A DNA stretch of 64,000 nt from Bacilli bacterium (GTDB lineage: Bacteria; Bacillota_I; Bacilli_A; RFN20; CAG-826), in contig DAOSDC010000007.1 in the NCBI GenBank assembly GCA_035361955.1, forward strand, positions 12,682-76,681, written 5' to 3'. Positions 28,085 through 37,520 of this stretch are shown here, one piece after another (position 1 is the stretch's first letter; each line of letters opens with the position of its first letter). The notes under the pieces were generated by a model. It searched no databases and was not told the origin of the DNA. It saw nothing but the letters and a program-made list of their open reading frames with translations. Position numbers and translations under genes: made by a program.

Positions 28085-29323
28085 ATGAAATTTCAAACAA
28101 TCGACCAAGTAATTGAATATTTTGCCCAACACATGTCAGGTGCCTATTCGCGTGTGAATTTCGATGCGTTTTTGCTGGCGCAAAAATTCCAATACAAAAT
28201 TCCTTCAATTCATATTACGGGTACCAACGGCAAAGGATCGACGGCCACGCTCATTCAAAACATTTACCAATACAGCGGCCGCCGTGTTGGATTGTTTACT
28301 TCTCCGGCATTTGATCGCTTCTCGGAAATGATTTATATCGACGATGATGAAATCGACGATCGATATGTCATTTCATTTATGAATAAATTTTGTGAACAAT
28401 TTGAGAAATTTAATTTGACGACATTTGAGATGCAAACGTTTTTGGCCTTTTCATATTTTTCCGATAGTAATGTGCAAATATCGGTTATTGAAGTTGGTAT
28501 GGGCGGATTGCTCGACGCGACCAACATTTTTACGCCGGTCCTTAGCGTCATCACTAACATCGGACTCGAGCACACGAATTATTTAGGACCGACCATCGTC
28601 GATGTCGCCAATCATAAAGCCGGCATAATCAAACCACGAGTTCCCGTGCTGATTGGGAAGGTGGAACCGCAGGCACTTCGAGTGATTGAACAGGTTGCCA
28701 AGCGTAATGAAGCACCGCTATTTAAGGTCGGTGAAGTGTTCAATGTAAAATCGGGCATCAATCAATATTTTTCATATGGTCATTATGAAAACCTTGAGTT
28801 GACGATGAACGGTTCATACCAAATCATCAATGCGGCGCTGGCAATCGAGGCCACCGAAATACTTAAAAAACGCTGGCCTATCAAGGAAAAAGATTTACGA
28901 ACCGGTTTGTACAAAACATTCATGCCCGGTCGTCTCGAAGTCGTCAGTTCCGATCCGACGATTGTCATTGACGGAGCCCACAACCCGCATGGAGTCCAAG
29001 CGCTAGTGCGCTCGCTTAGCTCGTTTGAAAACAAAATTGTCTTCGTTATATTTGCTTCCTTTAAAGATAAAGACGTAACACCAATGTTCAAACAACTAGA
29101 AGCCGTTTCCAAACATATCGTCGTGACTTCTTTTTCACATCCGCGTGCTCGGCATCTAGTCGATTATCCGGTGATGAACTATATTTACATCGATGATTTT
29201 AAAGAGGCACTGATGCGTACATATAAAAATGCTCCGAAACGGAGTGTAATATTATTGACAGGATCATTAGCATTTGCCGGAGCTGTCCGGGCTTTCATCC
29301 AAGCGGGAGGTTTGCGCCGATGA
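28085..29323 (+). CDS. folC: Folylpolyglutamate synthase / dihydrofolate synthase family
   Basis: P-loop HITGTNGKGST, VIEVGMGGLLDATN and VIDGAHNPHG. ATG 28085 is preferred over the track's TTG at 28073. Confidence 0.9.
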   Translation: MKFQTIDQVIEYFAQHMSGAYSRVNFDAFLLAQKFQYKIPSIHITGTNGKGSTATLIQNIYQYSGRRVGLFTSPAFDRFSEMIYIDDDEIDDRYVISFMNKFCEQFEKFNLTTFEMQTFLAFSYFSDSNVQISVIEVGMGGLLDATNIFTPVLSVITNIGLEHTNYLGPTIVDVANHKAGIIKPRVPVLIGKVEPQALRVIEQVAKRNEAPLFKVGEVFNVKSGINQYFSYGHYENLELTMNGSYQIINAALAIEATEILKKRWPIKEKDLRTGLYKTFMPGRLEVVSSDPTIVIDGAHNPHGVQALVRSLSSFENKIVFVIFASFKDKDVTPMFKQLEAVSKHIVVTSFSHPRARHLVDYPVMNYIYIDDFKEALMRTYKNAPKRSVILLTGSLAFAGAVRAFIQAGGLRR

Positions 29324-30096
29324 ACAACAAGATAATCAGGAATATCACTTTAAGCGCTTTGATGATTGGCCTTGGTGTCATCTTTGAACGATTGTTCGTC
29401 ATCAACATTCCGCCGTTCATACGCGTTGGCATCGGATCAATACCCGTAATTTTATCTAGCGTAATCTTAGGTCCCGTTTACGGAGCCTTCATTGGTGCTA
29501 GCGTCGATGTCCTCGGTTTCTTCGTATTCGACATTACGGGATATCCATACACGCCATATGTGACGATTTCGTTTATATTAATGGGCGTTTTGCCATACTT
29601 TTTGCTAAAAATAAGTTCATTCATGCGTTATAAGAAGATGCCGTTTCCAATCAGTTATATCCTACTTGGGGTCATCTGGTCGTTTTTGTTGGTGTATGCG
29701 ATTACCAACGATACTGTTCGCATCAGCGGCACCAATTATCCAATTGACGTGGCGATGAAGGTTTTAATTCCAGTCATTAGTTTCATTGTCTTTGGCGCCT
29801 TCTCGGTGTTCATATACTTATCGAATCGCTACTTTCAAAAACGCATTATGTTTTACCCTAAGTGCCCGAGTCCTCATGAATCGGCGTTTGTAATATTGGT
29901 CGTGGAAATTCTCATTCACATGGTCTGGGGCAGCATTTGGAAATCGTGGTTCTTTGGACTTGACGTTTTAATGGTGCTATTCATCCAATCGGTCATCCTC
30001 ATCTTTACGTTCCCCGTCAAGACATTCGTTTTCAATTATGTACTGATGGCGTATCATCGTTATATCGACAAAGCAAGGAGTGATCGCGTTGAGTGA
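29320..30096 (+). CDS. folT: ECF transporter S component, folate family (FolT-like)
   Basis: ATGA overlap with the folC stop and a GGGAGG SD. Multi-TM protein with the FolT-like N-terminal pattern ITLSALMIGLGVIFERLF...RVGIGSIPVILSSVILGPVYGAFIGASVDVLGFFVF. The ECF energising module ecfA1A2T is present at 56.7-59.2 kb. Confidence 0.65.
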   Translation: MNNKIIRNITLSALMIGLGVIFERLFVINIPPFIRVGIGSIPVILSSVILGPVYGAFIGASVDVLGFFVFDITGYPYTPYVTISFILMGVLPYFLLKISSFMRYKKMPFPISYILLGVIWSFLLVYAITNDTVRISGTNYPIDVAMKVLIPVISFIVFGAFSVFIYLSNRYFQKRIMFYPKCPSPHESAFVILVVEILIHMVWGSIWKSWFFGLDVLMVLFIQSVILIFTFPVKTFVFNYVLMAYHRYIDKARSDRVE

Positions 30097-30241
30097 ACAT
30101 TTAAACGAAAACAACCAAGAAGAAATCGAATCGGAACACGAACCGAAGCAACCAATCGAGTTTCCGCGGCTTGGCGTCATCGTCATTTCAGTTTTATTGG
30201 GACTGATTGTCATTTTATCGATTATCATGCAATTCTTATAA
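30089..30241 (+). CDS. Unannotated 50-codon ORF: acidic N-terminus plus single C-terminal TM helix
   Basis: TTG start 8 nt after a consensus AAGGAG. Product LSEHLNENNQEEIESEHEPKQPIEFPRLGVIVISVLLGLIVILSIIMQFL. It exactly fills the gap between folT (stop at 30096) and the GH13 gene (ATG 30255). It is below the 60-aa cut-off of the ORF track. Confidence 0.4.
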   Translation: MSEHLNENNQEEIESEHEPKQPIEFPRLGVIVISVLLGLIVILSIIMQFL

Positions 30242-30254
30242 ATGGGGGTTGATT

Positions 30255-31538
30255 ATGAAATACAGTGCGCGGTTAAAAAACGAGACGATTTACCAAATTT
30301 ATGTTCGCAATCACACAAGTGAAGGCACACTTAGAGCGCTTGAAGCGGATCTAGGTCGATTGAAAGACCTCGGCGTCTCGATTTTGTATTTGCTACCGAT
30401 TAATCCAATCGGGGAAATCGAACGCAAAGGAACGCTGGGAAGTCCTTACTCGATTAAAGACTACTATGCCATCAATCCCGAACTCGGCACCCTTGATGAT
30501 TTCAAACATTTTCTAGGTAAGGCCCACGCACAAGGTTTTAAAGTAATGCTTGATGTCGTGCTCAATCACACGAGCCGCGACGCCGTATTGGTAAAAGAGC
30601 ATCCTGAATTTTACTACTACAAAGATGGCAAACTCGCAAATCGGATTGGCGATTGGTCCGATATCGCCGATTTAAGATTGGATTTGGAGCCGGTGCGCGT
30701 TTATCTTATCGACATGCTTAAGTATTGGGTCAAGTTAGGCGTCGATGGTTTTCGTTGTGATGTTGCCCCATTGATTCCATTGGAGTTTTGGAAACGGGTC
30801 ATTAGCGAGTGCAATGCGATTAACGACAATTTGATTTGGCTCTCTGAATCGATCGAACCCGAATTCATCAAGTATTTACGCTCGGAAGGATATGTCGGTC
30901 ACTCCGACCCCGAGATGTTTCAAGCGTTCGACATTTTATACGATTATGACGTTTATCCGGCGCTTAAAACGTATTTGCTCAAAGATGGCGATTTGAAGGC
31001 GTACTTGCGGCTTGTCAGAACCCAAGAATACATTTATCCCCACGATTATTTAAAATTACATTTTCTTGAAAACCACGATCAGCAACGCATCGCCGCGATT
31101 GTCAAAAACGATACCGTGCTCCGTAATCTGACCGCTTGGTCGTTTTTCCAAAACGGTGTCGGTTTCATTTACGCCGGACAAGAAACGAAAAATGTGAAAA
31201 CACCCTCATTATTTGATAAACAAGCGATTGATTTATCGATTAAGGACCAATCTTTCTACGATTTCATTAAGAAATTGATTGCCATTAAAAAATATCCATG
31301 TTTTGCTTCGGTGCGCCGCTTTGACATCATCGATCATTTGCAGCTTGATTTGATCGTTGCCAAATTGACGAGTGACGACAAAGTTATTTTTGGTCTATTC
31401 AATACCGCGAAGCATGAGCGTCAAGTGTATGTGCCGATGGATGATGGAATCTACGTTGATTTAATCAGCGGAAAACACGTCATCGTCGATCACGGCATCC
31501 TCACATTAAAAGAACCGCTTTTCCTCAAAGCGGCTTAA
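30255..31538 (+). CDS. Cytoplasmic alpha-amylase-family enzyme, glycoside hydrolase family 13
   Basis: GH13 conserved regions DVVLNHTS, GVDGFRCDVA and FLENHDQQR. No signal peptide. ATG 30255 (MKYSARL...) is preferred over the track start at 30207, which would overlap the small ORF. Confidence 0.85.
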   Translation: MKYSARLKNETIYQIYVRNHTSEGTLRALEADLGRLKDLGVSILYLLPINPIGEIERKGTLGSPYSIKDYYAINPELGTLDDFKHFLGKAHAQGFKVMLDVVLNHTSRDAVLVKEHPEFYYYKDGKLANRIGDWSDIADLRLDLEPVRVYLIDMLKYWVKLGVDGFRCDVAPLIPLEFWKRVISECNAINDNLIWLSESIEPEFIKYLRSEGYVGHSDPEMFQAFDILYDYDVYPALKTYLLKDGDLKAYLRLVRTQEYIYPHDYLKLHFLENHDQQRIAAIVKNDTVLRNLTAWSFFQNGVGFIYAGQETKNVKTPSLFDKQAIDLSIKDQSFYDFIKKLIAIKKYPCFASVRRFDIIDHLQLDLIVAKLTSDDKVIFGLFNTAKHERQVYVPMDDGIYVDLISGKHVIVDHGILTLKEPLFLKAA

Positions 31539-32372
31539 TCATCGATAGTCTTTATAAGATTTTGTGGCACTGACGCCAAAGTGGTAATGGTGGCCGACTT
31601 GTTTTTCCTTTGGCGGCAGTTTCATATAATCGCCGAATATATGAGTCAGATAGCGGTGATAATCCGATGGCGCTTTGACTTTCATTCCTTCAAACATCAC
31701 GTCGACTCCATCACCAAAAACAACTGGCGGCAGTGCTTCTTGGTTAAAATACATCGTCAAATACGGACCGACAAGCGTCGCCTTATCGTAAGGAATCGTT
31801 TGTAGGCTTCTTGAAATACAGCGCGCATTCCAGTTGCCAATCGCAAATGGGAAAAACGGCAACGTGATGATATCGATGAGAATATCTAAGAAAAACTTTT
31901 TATTCATCCGCGGCATATGGAACGAGTTGCCAAGATAAGAGAAGTACCAGCGGAACCACAATAAGTATGGTTTCATTGATTTGACATGCGTAGCGCCTGG
32001 CTTTTTTGACATCCCATCAAGCGGGAAGATGTCAATCCAAATGCCGTGGTTCATATTCGTGAAGGAAAACACCGCTTCAAAAAAACTTGTGTTGGAATTT
32101 CTTAGTTTCGCATATGGGTAGCTGTACCGTTTGTCAGTTACCACGGTTTGCAAAAAAAACGGCTGTTTGAACTCGTTGGCGAGTTGCATCAATCGATTGA
32201 AATCGGGACGAGGCATCGCTACGTCGAGGTCATCATCCCATGGAATGAAGCCTTGATGGCGAATCGCTCCTAGGCAAGTTCCCCCAAAAAGGTAGTAACG
32301 AAGGCCATGCTTTTGGCATACTTCAATGAATTGCGACAATAGATTGAGTTGGACTTTTTGGATTTCGTTCAT
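31539..32372 (-). CDS. LicD-family phosphotransferase (CDP-alcohol-dependent phosphocholine / alditol-phosphate transferase family)
   Basis: YYLFGGTCLGAIRHQGFIPWDDDLDVAMPR (LicD DxD block). Start uncertain (ATG 32372, ATG 32387 or TTG 32414). The stop abuts the stop of the convergent GH13 gene with no spacer. Confidence 0.85.
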   Translation of the reverse strand: MNEIQKVQLNLLSQFIEVCQKHGLRYYLFGGTCLGAIRHQGFIPWDDDLDVAMPRPDFNRLMQLANEFKQPFFLQTVVTDKRYSYPYAKLRNSNTSFFEAVFSFTNMNHGIWIDIFPLDGMSKKPGATHVKSMKPYLLWFRWYFSYLGNSFHMPRMNKKFFLDILIDIITLPFFPFAIGNWNARCISRSLQTIPYDKATLVGPYLTMYFNQEALPPVVFGDGVDVMFEGMKVKAPSDYHRYLTHIFGDYMKLPPKEKQVGHHYHFGVSATKSYKDYR

Positions 32373-32474
32373 ATGCGTCAAAAGCATTATATATTTGATA
32401 AGTCGAGCAAGCAAACGAAACTTAATTGTGTATTATTAATAAGAGATATTTACTGATAAACTGAAATTAGCAAT

Positions 32475-33281
32475 ATGGACATCAACGCCTTAAAAAATAA
32501 AAAGATATTCTTGTTCGACATGGACGGAACGATTTATAATGACGACCACTTGTTCGATCAGGTGCCCGAAATGCTCGCGTTTTTGAAGGGCATCGGCAAG
32601 AAATATTTCTTTTTGACCAACAATTCGTCGAAGTCGACGAGTGATTATGTCAAAAAATTGCGCCGTTTAGGAATCGTTGCCCAACGCGAGGACATTATCA
32701 TCTCAACCCACATTGCCGCGAGCTACCTAATCCGTCAATACGACCAACGCCCGATTTATGTGGTCGGAACCGATTCCATGGTCAAAGAACTGCAAGACCG
32801 AGGCGTCAACGCCGTGACGAAACTTATCGACGGCATCGTCGCCGTGCTCGTTGGTAACGATAACGAACTAACCTTTCAAAAATTACGTAACGCGTCATTG
32901 TTATTGACTCAAGGCATTGATTTCATCGCCACGAACGTTGACAAAGCATGTCCAGTTTCGTTTGGCTATGTGCCCGATTGCGGTGCTATCTGCGAGATGC
33001 TGACGCATGCCACTGGCAAGAAACCTTTGTATATGGGCAAACCACATGCCGAAATCGTTAATTACATCAAAGCCAAAACCGGAGTCATATCACGTGACGT
33101 AGTCATGATTGGCGACCGGCTTTACACCGATATGGCGATGGCCATTAAACGGGGGATGACATCAGTGCTCGTATTGTCAGGAGAAGCCACCAATGACACA
33201 CTTGGCAAATTTCCACACAAGGTCGATTACGTATTTGATGACATCGCCGCGATGTATCGAGCGATGAAAGGATCAGTATGA
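32475..33281 (+). CDS. HAD-superfamily subfamily IIA phosphatase (NagD-like)
   Basis: FLFDMDGTIY (DxDGT), FLTNNSS and MIGDRLYTDM. Confidence 0.8.
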   Translation: MDINALKNKKIFLFDMDGTIYNDDHLFDQVPEMLAFLKGIGKKYFFLTNNSSKSTSDYVKKLRRLGIVAQREDIIISTHIAASYLIRQYDQRPIYVVGTDSMVKELQDRGVNAVTKLIDGIVAVLVGNDNELTFQKLRNASLLLTQGIDFIATNVDKACPVSFGYVPDCGAICEMLTHATGKKPLYMGKPHAEIVNYIKAKTGVISRDVVMIGDRLYTDMAMAIKRGMTSVLVLSGEATNDTLGKFPHKVDYVFDDIAAMYRAMKGSV

Positions 33282-33991
33282 ATTATGCGATAATCATCGC
33301 TGGTGGCAGCGGCAAACGGATGAACTCCGACATTCCTAAGCAGTTTATTCAAATCGGTGAAAAACCGATCATCGTTTATACACTGGAGGCATTTAACCGC
33401 CATCCCGACATTGACGGCATCCTCGTGGTATGCTTGCCTGATTGGATTGATCGACTCTGGGCTTATGCTAAAAAATACAAGATTGAGAAACTGCGCTGGA
33501 TCGTACCCGGAGGAGAAACGGGGCAGTTAAGTTGTTATCACGGCCTGGCTCATCTTGAAAACAAAATCAAACCCGACGACTTTGTCATTATCCACGATGC
33601 GATTCGCCCGCTCGTGCCCAGCATCATTATCACCGATATGCTACGCGTCGCTTCTGAACATGGTAATGCCTGTTCTTCGCTTCCGGTTCATGAAACGCTT
33701 ATATTCACCGATAACCAAAGATTTGGTTCGCAATCGCTTGATCGTTCAATCGTCAGGCGCGTCCAAACACCGCAGGCGTATCGCTTCAGTGACCTATTCA
33801 GCGTCCACCAACAAGCGTTGGCGCAAGGGATTACGAATAGTGTCTACGCCAATACGCTGTTTGTCGATTTTGGTAAAACAATCCATTTTTCGCTTGGATT
33901 TGACAACAATATCAAAATAACGACATCCGAGGATCTGACTCTTTTTAAAGCCTTGTTGACAATGAAAGAAGAGGATTTGGTCAAAAAATGA
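33278..33991 (+). CDS. IspD/TarI-family cytidylyltransferase (alditol/ketose-phosphate cytidylyltransferase)
   Basis: AIIIAGGSGKRMNSDIPKQF, IHDAIRP and VQTPQAY. ATGA overlap with the upstream HAD gene. Confidence 0.85.
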   Translation: MNYAIIIAGGSGKRMNSDIPKQFIQIGEKPIIVYTLEAFNRHPDIDGILVVCLPDWIDRLWAYAKKYKIEKLRWIVPGGETGQLSCYHGLAHLENKIKPDDFVIIHDAIRPLVPSIIITDMLRVASEHGNACSSLPVHETLIFTDNQRFGSQSLDRSIVRRVQTPQAYRFSDLFSVHQQALAQGITNSVYANTLFVDFGKTIHFSLGFDNNIKITTSEDLTLFKALLTMKEEDLVKK

Positions 33992-35028
33992 GTTTTATCT
34001 ACACCAAACCATATCTTGATGAATTATCCGAATTGCGGACATTATTTGAATGTGATTTTTTACATAACAAAACTTTGGCGCTTTCTGGAGCGACCGGGAT
34101 GATTGGATCATACTTGATTGATAGCTTATTGGCCAATCCGGATTTTAAAGGAACAATCATCGCCATCGTCCGCGATAAAGCGCAAGCAAGCGAACGATTT
34201 ATTCATTTTAAAGGTGACCAGCGATTGCTATTTGTGGAAGCACGTTTGGATACAACCATCAATATTCAATATAAAATCGACTATTTGGTGCATGCAGCTA
34301 GTTTGACTAGTCCCCATGATTATCATGATCATCCAATCGACACGATGTTATTAAATATCATCGGCAATAAATTCATGCTTGATTTAGCACTACGTCACTC
34401 CGCCCGATATATGTTCGTGTCTAGCACCGAAGTGTACGGCCAATCCAAAGGCGACCGCATCGATGAAACGTATTCAGGTTATCTTGATCAACTCGATCCC
34501 CGCAGTGCCTATAACGAAGGCAAACGCGCCAGTGAAACGCTATGCGTCGCCTATATGGCCGAACATCAGCTGGAAGTCGTGATTCCACGACTTTCACGCG
34601 TGTTTGGACCAACCTTGAAGGACAGTGACGGCAAAGCTTTATCACAGTTTATCGCTCGCGGAATTCAGCATCAGTCCATTGTGCTGAAAAGTCAGGGCGC
34701 ACAGCGGTTTTCCTATACTTATGTCGCCGATGCGGCCAGCGCCATTTTGTTTTTGTTGCACCATGGCCAATCAGGCCACGCCTACAATGTCGCGAGTGAA
34801 GAAGATCTATCACTACGGCAAATTGCCGAAATAGTCGCAAATATATGCAAAACTAACGTTACTTTTGACCTCTCGATTGAAAAAAACATGAGCTACAGCA
34901 AAGCCGCTCATGCGCTTCTATCGATCGAAAAGATTAAAGACCTAGGCTGGACGCCTCATGTTTCCATTAGTTCTGGTCTAGCGAGAACATGCGCGGTAAG
35001 GGCGTTACTACCACGCGCCGATCGATAA
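33988..35028 (+). CDS. NAD-dependent extended SDR (epimerase/dehydratase/reductase fold)
   Basis: LSGATGMIGSYL, SSTEVYG and the YNEGK catalytic Tyr-x3-Lys. ATGA overlap with the cytidylyltransferase gene. The last 62 nt overlap the convergent membrane-protein gene. Confidence 0.8.
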   Translation: MSFIYTKPYLDELSELRTLFECDFLHNKTLALSGATGMIGSYLIDSLLANPDFKGTIIAIVRDKAQASERFIHFKGDQRLLFVEARLDTTINIQYKIDYLVHAASLTSPHDYHDHPIDTMLLNIIGNKFMLDLALRHSARYMFVSSTEVYGQSKGDRIDETYSGYLDQLDPRSAYNEGKRASETLCVAYMAEHQLEVVIPRLSRVFGPTLKDSDGKALSQFIARGIQHQSIVLKSQGAQRFSYTYVADAASAILFLLHHGQSGHAYNVASEEDLSLRQIAEIVANICKTNVTFDLSIEKNMSYSKAAHALLSIEKIKDLGWTPHVSISSGLARTCAVRALLPRADR

Positions 35029-36352
35029 TTTTTTCATCCACTAATAATGGGACGACAATCAGTAAAGTCCCAATCGTGCCCATCGCGTCCGCTTTAAATA
35101 AAAACTTGGCCTCGGCAATCGATTGCACGAGGATTCCAATCATGATGAATAACGCCGTTGTCGCTAGACGCGGATTATGCTTATGCCGTTTGATGACCAG
35201 ATAAACAACGACACCGATACCGATCAAATAGAAAAGCAGCCCAATTAAACCGCCGGTGGCCACAACTTCAATCCAGCCTTGATGGAAACGGTTAGTCGGA
35301 GATGCGCCTCCTTCAACGCCCATGGCCACTTGAAGCAGTGAGTTGGAAATGGCAAAGCCATGACCGATCCAAATGTGTCGGCCAAAGATTAACTCAAGGC
35401 CGTGCCGCCAAATCACGATACGAGACTGGAGGCTTTCGATGCTTTTAGGAATGAAGGTGTCACGCACGGTACGCGCTAACGGAAGCCGTGAATACATCAA
35501 ACCAATGGTGGCGAAAATCACGAATGTGAAGAATAGCACCAAACCTATCGATGAACGGACCGGATATTCTTTGTACTGAGTAACGAAATCATAAACGATA
35601 AAAAGCGCTAAGAAGAGGAAGCCGCCGATATATGAGGTGATTGTAATCGTTAGTAGTAAGGTCACAAAAAAGATAAACATGATAAATAAATGCCAAATCC
35701 GATGTTTTAGTGAATCGAGCACCCCGACGGCGAATAAACCAAGACTCATGTAATAACCAAACACATTGGTATTGCTGAACAACGATATCGTCGGAGTATA
35801 GTAATCAATATGACCGGTCGTGAACAAAATCATATATTGATCCCATTCGGTAATCGCGCTATAGACGACAAAACCGAGCAAGATGAAGATGATGAAATAT
35901 AGCAACCCCATTAATATCGCTTTTGATTTGATGATTTTGGGAGCGACTTGGAATAGTAGGTAGGTAACAAGAATCGATGTCAAAGCCACAAAGATGCTTT
36001 GGAAGCGTCCATATAAACCAAGCGTTAAGCCAACGACGGAGGCAACTCCGTCATTATCGATCGCCGTGAAACTAATATTAGTCGGTTGTACAAGTGCGGC
36101 GATAATCGGCGTTAGATAGAAAAGAGCAATTATAAAGAAATACCGATAACTGATTAAGCGTTTGTCCTTGGTGAAAATCCACATGAAGATAAAGATGATA
36201 AACAAAAGGAATGAGCCACCGGCGAAGTAGTATTTACCGAGCGTCAACTGTAAATGCGGTTCCGTAATGACAATCGATTCGTTCAGGGCGACGATCGCCG
36301 AAATAAACAGTGTCAATCCGACTAAATTTAAAAGCGATTTGGATTTGCTCAT
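34967..36352 (-). CDS. O-antigen ligase / Wzy-type polymerase family integral membrane protein
   Basis: About 11-12 TM helices with a large late loop and the Wzy_C-like block IWIGHGFAISNS...RFHQGWIEVVATGGLIGLLFYL. Confidence 0.65.
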   Translation of the reverse strand: MSKSKSLLNLVGLTLFISAIVALNESIVITEPHLQLTLGKYYFAGGSFLLFIIFIFMWIFTKDKRLISYRYFFIIALFYLTPIIAALVQPTNISFTAIDNDGVASVVGLTLGLYGRFQSIFVALTSILVTYLLFQVAPKIIKSKAILMGLLYFIIFILLGFVVYSAITEWDQYMILFTTGHIDYYTPTISLFSNTNVFGYYMSLGLFAVGVLDSLKHRIWHLFIMFIFFVTLLLTITITSYIGGFLFLALFIVYDFVTQYKEYPVRSSIGLVLFFTFVIFATIGLMYSRLPLARTVRDTFIPKSIESLQSRIVIWRHGLELIFGRHIWIGHGFAISNSLLQVAMGVEGGASPTNRFHQGWIEVVATGGLIGLLFYLIGIGVVVYLVIKRHKHNPRLATTALFIMIGILVQSIAEAKFLFKADAMGTIGTLLIVVPLLVDEKIIDRRVVVTPLPRMFSLDQN

Positions 36353-36494
36353 GTTTTTTATTCTATTTTCAAATTATAACATAGTAAAAACTAACATTTC
36401 TTAATTGTAATGCCTAGGTTTTGTTTTTTCACTTATAGCGCACAACCAATAAAGTAATTATAATAACTAAGAAAGATAATCAGGAGATTGCACC

Positions 36495-37520
36495 ATGGCC
36501 GTACTAGTGACCGGAGGAGCGGGATACATCGGTTCGCACACCGTTGTGGCACTGCTCGAAAAAGATTATGATGTCGTTATCGTCGATAACCTATCAAACA
36601 GTAAACCTACAGCGCTAGACCGCATTTACGAAATCACGGGCAAGCGGCCGCGTTTTTATGAAGTCGATTGTACCGATTATGCGGCATTTGAAGATGTGTT
36701 CAAACAGGAAAAAATCGATCAAGTTATCCATTTTGCTGGATTAAAGGCCGTCGGAGAATCAGTCGAAAAACCTTTAAAGTATTACCAAAACAATATTGAT
36801 AGCACGCTCGTGCTCCTCGAATTAATGAAAAAATACGAGGTTCATAACATCGTGTTCTCTAGTAGCGCGACCGTCTATGGCAATCCCAAACGCGTGCCGT
36901 TATATGAAACCGATGAAGTTGGTCAAACGACCAATCCCTATGGCACGACCAAGTATTTCATCGAACGCATTCTAATGGATTTTCAACATGTCAATCCACT
37001 TTATAACATCGTCATCTTACGCTACTTCAATCCAATTGGAGCGCATCCAAGCGGTCTGATTGGCGAAGATCCTGAAGGCATTCCCAACAATTTGATGCCT
37101 TACATCACCCAAGTGGCGATTGGAAAATTGATTAATCTTGGCGTATTCGGAAACGATTACGATACGGTTGACGGCACTGGCGTGCGTGATTATTTGCATG
37201 TCGTCGATTTGGCAATGGGTCATTTAGCCGCGCTTGAGTTAATCGCCAAGAAAATGGGTGGCGTGTTCGTTTATAACCTCGGCACCGGGCGCGGCACAAG
37301 CGTGCTTGAAATGATCACATCATTTGAAGAAGCCAGCGGTATTAAAATTCCATATGTCATTACCAAACGCCGACCAGGCGATATCGCCAGTTGTTACGCT
37401 AATTGCGACAAAGCGGCGCATGAACTCAAGTGGCGCGCCAAGCTTTCGATCGTCGATGCCTGCCGTGATGCTTGGAATTGGCAAAAGAAAAATCCACACG
37501 GATATGGTAGCGAGGTCTAA
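36495..37520 (+). CDS. galE: UDP-glucose 4-epimerase
   Basis: VLVTGGAGYIGSH, SSSATVYG, YGTTKYFIE and the end-to-end GalE pattern. Confidence 0.95.
   Translation: MAVLVTGGAGYIGSHTVVALLEKDYDVVIVDNLSNSKPTALDRIYEITGKRPRFYEVDCTDYAAFEDVFKQEKIDQVIHFAGLKAVGESVEKPLKYYQNNIDSTLVLLELMKKYEVHNIVFSSSATVYGNPKRVPLYETDEVGQTTNPYGTTKYFIERILMDFQHVNPLYNIVILRYFNPIGAHPSGLIGEDPEGIPNNLMPYITQVAIGKLINLGVFGNDYDTVDGTGVRDYLHVVDLAMGHLAALELIAKKMGGVFVYNLGTGRGTSVLEMITSFEEASGIKIPYVITKRRPGDIASCYANCDKAAHELKWRAKLSIVDACRDAWNWQKKNPHGYGSEV

Noticed and set aside
27481-28100. I looked for a tmRNA (ssrA) gene next to smpB.
   Set aside because: The upstream gap is only about 125 nt and smpB is followed immediately by folC. There is no tRNA-Ala-like acceptor/T-arm and no tag-reading-frame signature.
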